From assembly GCA_050613775.1 (NCBI GenBank), contig JBODTK010000120.1:310001-374000 (forward strand): a DNA stretch of 64,000 nt, written 5' to 3'. Made by a program: the position numbers and the translations under genes. This DNA is from Neocallimastix sp. 'constans'. Its lineage: Eukaryota. Below the pieces are notes generated by a model. It saw only the letters and a list, made by a program, of their open reading frames with translations. It did no database searches and was not told the DNA's origin. Below, piece by piece: positions 20,001-31,044 of the stretch. Numbering within the stretch: position 1 is the stretch's first letter; each line of letters begins with the position of its first letter.

Positions 20001-23000
20001 AAAATGTAATGCAAAACTAAACTATGACGGCTTTTCTTTAATGTTTATATATATATATATATTAATTTCTCTATTTTTACAACTAGACGTCTATAATTTC
20101 TTTTTTTTTTTTTTGTTTAAAGTATTGATAATATATAATTTAACAAGATGCTGTATTTTTTTTAAATGTAATATATATTAATATAATACAATACACTCTA
20201 TTATTAAAAGATATATTAAATTGATATTTATACTTGAAAATGTTACTGTATTTTTCATCATTTTTATAAATATTATTTCATGAAGCAAAGATATAACTTG
20301 AACCTTTTTATATGTTAATTCCTTTAAATATATTTATATTTATATCTTTATCTAAAATATATATATGTATAATAAAAAATTATATGTATATATATATATA
20401 AAATTATAAATTAATTTAATTTATTTAAAATAAAATAATACTTTGATAACGAAAGAAATATGTTAATTAAAAAATATTTAGTAAATAGATTAATAAAAAA
20501 TACAATTTATAATATAATTTTTCTATATTTTATTTCTATTAATTATTATTATTAAAAATAAATTATATATTATTAAAAAAAAAAAAAAGTGTTATTATAC
20601 TAAATTACAAAACAAAAATATTTAATAATTATAAATATTCTTTTTATTAAAAAAAAAATTACAAAAAAAACAAATAATAATAATTGGTGTAATACAGAAA
20701 ACAGTAAAAATAAAATAAAAAATATAAATTAAAATAAAAAAAAAAATATATTAAATTTTTTAAAAAATTTAAAAAAAAAAAAAAATAAAATAAAATAAAA
20801 TATATTAAATTTTTTAAAAAATTCAAAAAAAAAAAAAAATTAAAGTTAAATTTTAATTATAATATTTTAATTTAAATTTTTTTTTATTATTTATTTATAT
20901 AAATATTAAATTATTTATTTAATGACAGAATTTATTTATACTTCTTTTTATTACTATTGATATAATTTATTTATTTATACTATTTTAAATATATGTTATT
21001 TTGTTTAGTTTTTATTGTGTGATCACTTTATTTTATTTATTTATTATAATTTTATTATTATTTTAATAACTATGTATTTTTAGTAATATTTGATTATAGG
21101 ATTAATTATCATAATCCTTAAATGTATATACATTAATAAAATTTAATTTAACTATATTAGTTATAATTGTAAATATATGATGTACATCATTAATACGCCT
21201 CATAATATTTTACATTATACAAAATAATGAAAAACATATTTAATTTAATAAATAAGTAAATCTTAATTATACAAGACTTAATTAAAATATTAAACTTTAT
21301 TTTTAACATACTATTTATTATTACTATTGACATTTAAAAATAATTATTAATATTTAGTAATTGAGCTAATAATAATATAATAATAAAATCATTATTTAAT
21401 TTATAATATTTATTATATTAAATAATATTAATGTAATAATATATATATAATTATATTAATCATATATAATAGCAATAAAAATAAGAAAGAAATAGAAAAA
21501 AAAATTATATAAATAAAATCTTGTATAATATAATTTCAGTAATAATAAAAATTATTTATTATAATAGTAATAATTATTTTAAAGAATAATAAAAAAAAAA
21601 AAAAAAAAAAAAAAAGAAAAAAAAGTGTGAATAAAATTAATACAATTATGTAGTTTTAGTTATAGCAAGTGTTATTTATTATAATAATACATATAATTTT
21701 TTTTTTTTTAAAAAAAAAAATTATTTTTAAATGAAATAATACAATCATGTAGTTGTAGTAGTTTTACTATTACAACTATATGATTATAAAAATAATATAA
21801 ATATATATTATATTAATTTAACAATTAAAAAAATATCAAATAATAGCCTAAAATTTTTTATTTTATAAATAAAAGAATTTATATATATTTTTGTTTTATT
21901 ACAATCGAAAGATTCCATTTAATTAATTATTTTATCCTAAAAAAAAAAAAAAAAAAAAGTATTAAAAGACTAAAATTACAATTGAAATTTATAAAAATCA
22001 GCATATAAATTTAATTTGATTTTGTTAATGAAATTAAATATAATATTATAAAAAAATTAATAGATATCTTTATTTTCTATTTTTTTTTTTAAAAAAAATT
22101 TTTTTATATTTTTTATAAAAATTATTCGTTTAAATCGTTATTATATAGGAAGTTTAATAATAAAAAAAAGATATTAAAAGACATCAATATAAAATAATCT
22201 TGCAAAATGACTATTATGGAATAGTCATGTTTATGAGACAGTTCCATAACTAATAAAATTCATTAAATAACAAAAAAAAAAAAATAAAAAAAAAAATATA
22301 TATATATATAAATTAAAATTAAAATTAAAATTAAAATTTATAAAGTTAAAATGGCACCTAAATATTTTTTTTTTTTTTTTTTTTAAATATCTTAAATATC
22401 TTATTAGTATAAATTGTTCATAAAATAATTATATGTTAATTTTTTTTTTTTAAAAAAAAAAAAAAGTTGATAATTAATTAATTGTTGTATATGATTAAAT
22501 GATTAAATGAATTTTTCAAATTTTAATTCAAAACATGAGTTTTATTAATGCGAAATAAAATAATAGATATAATTATATTTTTAAAATTAAAACAAAAACT
22601 ATCTTATTATATATATATATATATATAAGAAAGAAGTGTGATATATAAAAATTTTTATATACTTATTTTTTTATTAAACTATGTATTTATCTATCTAACT
22701 ATCTAATTGGTTATTCAACTATTTATTTAAATATATAAATTTATTTAATAAAGATTAAAACATTCTGGTGCATAAATTATTAATTATTTATAATCCATAT
22801 TTTAAAGTTTTTTTTTTTTTTTTTTTTACCATTTCAGAAGTAAATTAAAAAAAAAAAAAATTTTTTTTTTATGATTTATAAAGTCTTTTTGACTTTTAAA
22901 TTATCAATATATTAACAATTATTAAAAATTTATTATTCCTTTGATAATTTAAACTACTCTAAAATAAGTTTATAAAAAAATATATATATATATTATCCTT

Positions 23001-23629
23001 AAAAATATTAATAATCATAAATTAAATTTTGAAACTTTTTTTTTTATGATAAAACTTCAAATATAGTATTGATCTTATTTTGGCACATGTCAAACTACAA
23101 AATTTTATATAAAATTATATTATTAAAAAGAAAATAAATAAATATTAATATGTATTAATAATTTATTATCTTTATGGATATAATAAAATAAAATAAAATA
23201 AAATAAAATAAAATAAAAAAAAAAAAGAAGATAGTTCAAAAACGAGTTAAAAATATATATATTAGTATATTAATTTTTCATTATTTTTTATTTATTAATA
23301 TTTAATATATAATTTCAAAAGCGCATGATACTTTATGGAGAATTTTAAGCATTATTAATATTTAATTCAATAAAATTATGAAATTGATTACTTAAAAAAA
23401 ATTTATTAAAATTATATAAAAAAAAATTTTTTTTTTTAAATACTTTTTTTATACAATACAAAATTTTTAAACTCTATGACTCTATGTAATTGTCAATAGA
23501 TTATATACCTATAAAAACTTAATTTTTGAATGTATCATAAAAAAAAATTATTAGAAGATAATGTATTTAAACTTTTTAATTGTCCAATATTAATTCATTA
23601 TTAATAGATAAAAGTTTTTTAAATAATGA

Positions 23630-23683
<54 letters not shown>

Positions 23684-23879
23684 CGAAAGTATCATTTATT
23701 ATAATAAAAAAAAAAAAAAAAAAAAAAAACTTTTTAAAATTTAATATACTTTAAATAATAATAATAATAATAAAATAACTTTAGTTAATAATTTCATCTT
23801 TAGGTATTTTTAATTATTTTAAAATAGTTATAATTAAAGTTTTATATTGCATTATTTATTTATAAGAATATATATTTAT

Positions 23880-24630
23880 ATTCATATTATATTTCAGGAA
23901 GAAATATGGTAATTCATCAAAGTTAAAAATACTTCATTCAAATTAATCAAATAAAATATTTATTATTCTTCCTATATTTCAATCCAGTGAAATACTTTGA
24001 TTAATTTTAATTAATAACCATTATTTTTCTTTCTTTCTTTTTTTTTTTTAATTTTTTTTTGATATCATATGAATTATCTAGATAATTCATTTAAAATATT
24101 AGAACAAGATAAAAAATATTCATAATTACTTATCTTATTACAAGGGTTTTTTTTTTTTTTTTTTTTTTGGAAATTCGGTAATAATAACTTTATCTCCATC
24201 AAAATTACCATTTTCTAGTGGAGTATCAAATAAAAATTAGATAAATATATTTTTATTTATTTTATTAATTCTTCAGTTCCTTGTATCAATTCCATATTTT
24301 CATTTTTATTGATAATTACAGTTTTGAAAATAAAATCTTCATTCATATAAACTATATATATATATATATATATAATTATTTTAAATTAATTTTGTTTTCA
24401 TAATTAAATTTACCCTATTTTCTAATTACATCTGGTATTTCTTATATAAGTTTTTTTCATATTCATACTTATTAATAAACTGTTAAATGATAATCTGTTT
24501 ATTTAAACGATAATCAAAAAAAAAAAAATTTCTATATGACTTATTGATTTAGAAAATAAAGCTGGGGAAACTGTTTTTTTTTTTTTTTCATTATTGGATA
24601 TTTTTTTTATTACTGCAATTATTGCGAATT
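23880..24630 (-). pseudogene. Probable decayed coding relic of unknown origin
   Basis: Sequence is more complex than its flanks. Minus-strand fragments read like protein (RNNCSNKKYPIMK, TVSPALFSKSISHIE, YMNEDFIFKTVIINKNENMELIQGTEELIK, FDTPLENGNFDGDKVIITEFP) but are broken by stops, frameshifts and homopolymers. No family recognised. Confidence 0.35.
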
Positions 24631-24716
24631 TAACTTTTTTTTTTATTTAAAATATATATATATATATATGTATTTAATAAATGAATAATAAAAAATATAC
24701 ACACACATAAGATTAA

Positions 24717-24747
<31 letters not shown>

Positions 24748-24842
24748 TTTATTTGTAAAAGTTGAATATAATAATTTTTAAAATAGTTAATGTGAAATAA
24801 AAAGTAATCATTCAAAGTAAAGTGTTAAAAATAAATTCCGAG

Positions 24843-24869
<27 letters not shown>

Positions 24870-24876
<7 letters not shown>

Positions 24877-24979
24877 GTAGGCAACGAACGAAATCTCAAC
24901 CTTCAAATGATAAGTTTTTTCCTTTTAGATTTTAAAAAGGGTATTCTTATTCAGGATTAGGTTTTGAATTAACATTCTG

Positions 24980-25015
<36 letters not shown>

Positions 25016-25264
25016 ATGGTTCTTCTCCTACAGAGGTATTGGTCCTACTAGCCTGTCTTAACCGGCATTTTCAGCCGTTGATGCTCCTTGGTTATAGCTT
25101 ATGCTTATATAGCGTGTTGGAATAGCAATTTTTGTTTGAGTATTAGCCCTAGGCATAATTTCTTGTAAGGGGAGGGCCGAAGATCACCACCAAGACTAAC
25201 ATTTTGAAATAATTATCATAAATTAATTTAGTTATTTAACAAAAAAAAAACATCCCATTCCATT

Positions 25265-25295
<31 letters not shown>

Positions 25296-26340
25296 TTATT
25301 ATTATTATTATATATATAATTTATAAATTAAATTGATAATGTCAACATCGCATTTCCATCAAGAAAGAAGTTATATAATCGGTTCCTTAGCAATGGAATT
25401 TAGTAGGGTTGATGAGCTTTTTCAACGATACTATCTTGCTGAAAAATTCTCCATTTCTTAATTTTTCACTTAAAAAAAAAAAAAAAAAAAAAAAAAATCT
25501 CAAATATTTATTTATAATCATGATCATAAATTTTATTTCTTTTTTAAGTTTTAAGGCATTTATACTTATCCCACCTAACAAAAAAAAATTTTTTTTTTTT
25601 TTTTTTTTTTTTTTGTAACAAAAAATGATTGATCTGTGGTAGTTTTCTTACAATGAACTACGAGAGGTTTATGATATTATGATCAAATAGAGAAGGACAA
25701 TCAACAAAAAAAAAAAAAAAAGCACTTAATATTTTATCCAGTATACCTGGAGTTGACTAAGGCATGATCATCAATATCAAATGATAGAATATTCCTAACC
25801 TCTAGTCCATGAAAAATGGTGAACCATTCATTGGGAAGAATAAAACAGTTACCAAGGTTACTCTTGGTTTAATTTATCTTGTAAATCAATTGGTGCTCAT
25901 GATCTTTAAAGTCTCCAAGAAGAATAGATGGACCAATACTATAATGAAGAGGCTTATAAGAACAATATCATCAGCAAAAAAAAAAAAAAAAAAGACCACC
26001 ACCACCATAACATTTTTTTTTTTTTTTTTACCAAATACTCCTACCAATATTTATCACAATTGGTTTTTTAAAAAAAAAAATATCATTATTAATGAATAAA
26101 ATTAAAACAAATATATTTGGAGATTGGTGATAAACGAGGGGGGGGTGGGCAAACCTTGTCTAAACACCAACATCACGATTGAAAAGAAAATTCATTTTGA
26201 TAACCTATCAAGGGAACGAGCTCTAAGCTTTAGAAGTACGATAGAACTTGGAGATGAAATTAAGACATTTGTCACACGGATTCCCAAGGTGAAAGATCTT
26301 TTTTTTTTTTTTTTTTTTTTTATTAGACTTAGAGAGGAGA
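24870..26340 (-). mobile_element. Decayed non-LTR (LINE-like) retrotransposon, reverse-transcriptase region, copy 1
   Basis: Manual minus-strand translation across frameshifts gives, in order: LGIR..KCLNFISKFYRTSKA (~26290-26225), GV-RQG (~26170-26150), LSPI (~26133-26122), FINNDI, then GG..FADDIVLIS (25978-25952). These are non-LTR RT core motifs in the correct order. GC is locally elevated. Boundaries are approximate. Confidence 0.8.
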
Positions 26341-26449
26341 GAATAACTTTTATTTAAATTTATAAATAAATAATAATAATAATTAAATTACATGATTTAA
26401 ATGAAAAAAATCAAAAAAAAAAAAAAATCAAAAAAAATAAAAAATAAAA

Positions 26450-26536
26450 AAAAAAAAAAAAAAATAAAAAATAAAAAATAAAAAATAAAAAATAAAAAAT
26501 AAAAAATAAAAAATAAAAAATAAAAAATAAAAAATA
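26450..26536. repeat. (TAAAAAA)n heptamer tract separating the two LINE relics
   Basis: Visible tandem array. Confidence 0.85.
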
Positions 26537-26659
26537 AAAGATTAATAAAAAAAATAAAAGATAAATAAAAAAATAAAAAAAATAAAAAAAAAAAATACAT
26601 TAAAATAAAATATTATAATATTATATGGAATAATAATTATATAATAAAAAAAAAAAAAA

Positions 26660-26790
26660 AAAGTGCGGGGCGTTAGAAGCAATAGTTAACTAAACTTTTT
26701 TTTTTCTCCTTATTCATCAATAATAAAAACCCCTCCGTGTCCATTTTTATCCCTTATTCATCAATGATAAAAAACTCCCCCCCTCGTGTC

Positions 26791-26821
<31 letters not shown>

Positions 26822-27107
26822 TTTTTTTTTTTTTTGCAAAAGTAAAATAATTTTTTTTTTTTTTTAATTTTTTTTTTTAATTTTTTTTTTTAATTTTTTT
26901 TTTAATTTTTTTTTTTTTTATCAGTTATTCGTGTGTTATCCAAATGAAATCCGTATTCCGGATCTTTCACTCACCAGAGAGAGGGAGGTGAAAAAAAAAA
27001 TTCCTCATCCCTTATTTATCATTTCAACGTCGACGTTTGACGCTCTTTAGCAATAGCAATGAATAGATTCCAATAGATTCAACGGAATATACCAATTTCA
27101 TCATCAA

Positions 27108-27150
<43 letters not shown>

Positions 27151-27397
27151 AAAAAGAAAAAAAAAGCACTTGATATTTTATCCAGTATACATAGGAGTTG
27201 ATTAAGGCATGATTCGACAAAAAAAAATGAATGGTATTACGTTTTACGTTTTTTATTAGAAACGCTGCAATCCCTCCTATCCTACCCCCTCCTTTTCTAC
27301 AAAATAACAGGAATAGTCAATCGATGAAAGTTGAACTTTTATTTTAAAAAAAAATATTGTTAACTCATTGTCTTTTTGCTTCCACATCATTCAGTTT

Positions 27398-27435
<38 letters not shown>

Positions 27436-27581
27436 ATCAATTGAACGTCCATCAAGAAAGAAGAAGTACTCAATATCATTTGGCAAAAAAAAAAGTTCCC
27501 AACACAACCACTTTTGAAAGATTCTAAAATATACAACCATTCATTTACTTTTCCCAATCATCCAGTACATTATTATAAATG

Positions 27582-27621
<40 letters not shown>

Positions 27622-28021
27622 TTTTTTTTGAATAAAATAGGAAGATAGAGAGGCATCCTTGGTCGAACACCAACGAAAAATAATCGAAAATTCTTCTGGA
27701 GAGGATTACCATTAAAATAAAAAAAAGTATGAACGAACTTTAGAGGATAGATAAAAAGTTCCTTAAAAAAAAAAAAACCGATGACATTTTACCTCTAATT
27801 CCTAAAGTTATATAATTTGGTCAAAATATTAAAAAAAGATAAGGTACTGAAAAAAAAAAAAAAAAACCTTATGATTCAGTACCTTATCTTTTTTTAATAT
27901 TTTGACCAAATTATATAACTTTAGGAATTAGAGGTAAAATGTCATCGGTTTTTTTTTTTTTTTAAGATCAAAAAAAACAAGATAAGTGAAAATTTCCTTT
28001 AAATTTAAATTTCATTTCATT

Positions 28022-28052
<31 letters not shown>

Positions 28053-28170
28053 TAATTTCATTACCATGATAACTGGTAGAAACGATATGATACTATTATG
28101 AACTCTTACCACACTCCAAATGTTACTCTGCCTATCCTGTTTAAAAAAAAAGATTAATTTGGCAAAACAC
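26660..28170 (-). mobile_element. Decayed non-LTR (LINE-like) retrotransposon, reverse-transcriptase region, copy 2
   Basis: Minus strand across frameshifts: FTYLVF-DLKK (~27990-27955), SVP..FNILTKLYN-LGIRGKCH (27851-27781), YLSSKVRS, GVR-QGC..ILF (27675-27630), FA-NDI (~27490-27470), and a downstream YGFHLDN-like segment (~26960). It shares a ~50-bp near-identical block with copy 1 (27165-27213 vs 25721-25768). Confidence 0.8.
27762..27966. repeat. Long inverted repeat: ~90-bp arms (27762-27851 / 27875-27966), 23-nt spacer
   Basis: CCGATGACATTTTACCTC...GATAAGGTACTGAA (27778-27851) is the exact reverse complement of 27875-27948. The arms differ only in the length of the outer A/T run (13 vs 15). 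Confidence 0.97.
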
Positions 28171-28818
28171 AAATTTTTTTTTTTATTTTTTATTTTTTAT
28201 TTTTTATTTTTTATATTTTTATATACACATAAACACAATAATATAAATAAAAATAAAGAATTGAAACCTTAAAGGGCAAAACGAATTTTTTTTTTATATA
28301 TATATTTGGTATTTTTTTTTTTTTTTCTTTATTAATTTTATTATTATTTATTATTTATTATTTAATATTATTATTAGGAGAGATTAAAATGTAAACTTTA
28401 TACAATCTTAAATAAATAAAAAAAAAAAAAAATTATTAATAATTATTAAACAATCAATTATTACAAAAAATAATAATAATAATAATAATAAAATATTATT
28501 ATTAAAATGAATTAATAGAAAAAATTAATAAAACAAAAAAATTATTTAAATCAAAAATTTTTATAAATAAAAATGAAAAAAAAAAACTCTAAAATTTACT
28601 GTAAACATATAAAAAAAAAATGGATATCTATTATTTATATTTATAATTTTTTTTAATAAAAAAAAATAAAAAATTATTTATTTATTTACTACTACTGATT
28701 ATTTATCTCTATAACTATAAAAAAAAAAAAAAAGAGTTTGATTATAAAACAATGATTATTATTAATATTTATATTATTATGATTTCAAAGTATAAAAAAG
28801 AAAGAAAAAATATATTAT

Positions 28819-29096
28819 TTATTGAAAACCCTTAATAAATGGGTTCATTATTGATTGAGTAGTGGGTTGATAATTCTTTACGAAGGATGATGGTACTACA
28901 GAATTCATAGTATTCTTACCATTTTGGTAAAGAAAAAATTCTGCACTTGGAGAGGCTGTTCGACTTAATGGTGGAGATGGGTATATATTATTATTATTAT
29001 TATTATTTTTAATAGGATAAATACAAACATTAGGACGAACAACCATTGGTGGTTGAATTTGTTGTGATTTTGATAAAGTATTGTTGTTATAAATCA

Positions 29097-29133
<37 letters not shown>

Positions 29134-31044
29134 TACTTTTTGAAAAAAAACAACATTCGTTGGAGCTGGAATTTTTGGAATGATGGAAACATTATTACCT
29201 TGGAAAGGTGGAACGGTAACATTGAGACGACTATTAGCTGGAATAGTAATGATAGTTGGTTGAGATTGAGCCTTAAAAACTCTTGTTACTGGAAGAGTAG
29301 GTAAGAGTTGTTGTGGTTTTTGAGTTACTTGAGTTTGTTGTGGAACTATTTTAATAACATGAGAAGATGGATTGGTAGCTACTGAAGTTCTAGCCATATA
29401 AATATTATTAGTAATTACTTTTTTAACATGTTGAACTCTAGTAGGAGTCATTGGAGAATAGAGAGCAGTATTTAAATTAGAGGAAGGCGTCGTTAATAAT
29501 GAAGAATTATTATTATTATTATTATTCTTAGTTGAAGTTGAAGTTGAAGTACTAGTGGAAGAAGAGGAAATTGGAACGTATGGATTAGGAGATAATTTAT
29601 AAGAAACCATTGAAACATTTTTATTAGATGATGGCGTTGAAGATGAAGATGAAGTGGAAGTTGGTTGTCTAAGTTGTTCAAACTTTTGAGTTAAATCATG
29701 ACTAACCCTCTTAATTAACGCAATCCATTTATTATAATTTGTTTCAGAAACGTAAAGTCTGAATGAAATAGCCACTAAACCTTTCATTTCTAATTCATTT
29801 AAATGATTTAAATTGATGTTGGTCACGTTAGCCCAAACGGTATTGGAGTAACGATCATCACTGACATACTTGTTAGCCATCATGAAAGCAATGGGAATGA
29901 TTTCTTCATAACTCCATTGATTTAAAAATTTTCCTTCAGGAGTTTGACTGGCTTCCTTTAATCGGTAGATATATTCGAGGGCGAGGATAACTGAGGAAAA
30001 GGAGATTTGAGTAATTTTAAGTAAATGATCCACATAATTAATTAATTTAGAGTAGTTATTTTTTAATTCCCCTTTACAGGAACGACTGCTAGCCTTTAAG
30101 ATTTGAGTTTCTAAATCCTTGGGATCAACTTTGAAGGTTTCCTTCTTTGGAGAAGTAGTAGAATCTTCATCATCCGAATCAATAATAATTACACATTCAC
30201 TACTACCACTACCACTAGAGGAATGATTTTTAATGACTCCTTTTGGTTGTTCCTGGAAAATTTTAGATTGACAAATGTTCTTATATAAGGCATTCACCTT
30301 ATCCTTTGGAAGATCAGAAATACTGTAATAATTATTGGAAGGGGTAAGAGGACTTAAAATTCTAGCATGGGCATGGTTAGCATTAACTAATGAATAGTTT
30401 ACAGAAGAAGCAAATTCAGAAGAAAATTGAGATGTACCATTTGGAGTGACTGGAGCACTCTTTGGGGAAAGATAGCCTTGATTGAAACCCATTGGGGATT
30501 CAGCAGATTGATATTGAGAAAGATTACAACAACACCATATCTTATAGATAAGATAGATAAATAATTTAGGTAATGAAAGTTCACTACAACCTTCGAAAAC
30601 TTCAGAAACTTGAGTGACTTTAAATTGATTACTGATATCAATTGGTTTTTGTTGTTGTGATTTTGATGATTGTTGTTGAGTTTGTGGTTGTGGTTGTGGT
30701 CGTGGATTATAAATAACAACATTATTATATTGTGGTTGTTGTGGTTGTTGTGGTTGTGGTTTGTAATAGTTTGTTACTATGATAGGTTGTTGTAGTTGAT
30801 TTTGTACATATACTTGATAATTATTATTTCTAGTGTTGATAGAGAGTGGGCTAACACGTCTTCTTTTACATAAGCTATCAGAAGAAGTATAGCTATGAAG
30901 TCTCTTATTATTATTAGAGGTAGTATTTTCTGAAATTGGTGTAGTCATTTGATGAGTTGTAGTATTCGTTTTATTTTGGGGTATAACGTAAAGAATACTG
31001 TTGTTATTATAATTTTGATAATTCATTGTCTTATTAATGAACAT
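28819..31044 (-). CDS. Pho85-type cyclin (Pcl/Clg1-like), 741 aa, single exon
   Basis: Intact ORF with cyclin box YVDHLLKITQISFSSVILALEYIYRLK...IAFMMANKYVSDDRYSNTVWANVTNINLNHLNELEMKGLVAISFRLYVSETNYNKW. Gln/Pro/Ser/Thr-rich flanks with many SP/TP sites and a basic KRRRV stretch. Confidence 0.9.

Noticed and set aside
25387..26357. ORFs 25387-25581, 25409-25618, 25809-26099, 26124-26357 as genes
   Set aside because: Chance frames over the decayed minus-strand RT relic.
25721..27213. ~50-bp direct repeat (25721-25768 / 27165-27213) as LTRs or a target-site duplication
   Set aside because: It lies at the equivalent internal position downstream of the FADD motif in each of two LINE copies, so it reflects homology between copies.
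27762..27966. Inverted repeat as a MITE or DNA-transposon TIRs
   Set aside because: The arms consist of RT coding sequence continuous with both flanks, and no target-site duplication is seen.
29493..30722. ORFs 29493-29681 and 30399-30722
   Set aside because: Shifted frames inside the 741-aa cyclin gene.
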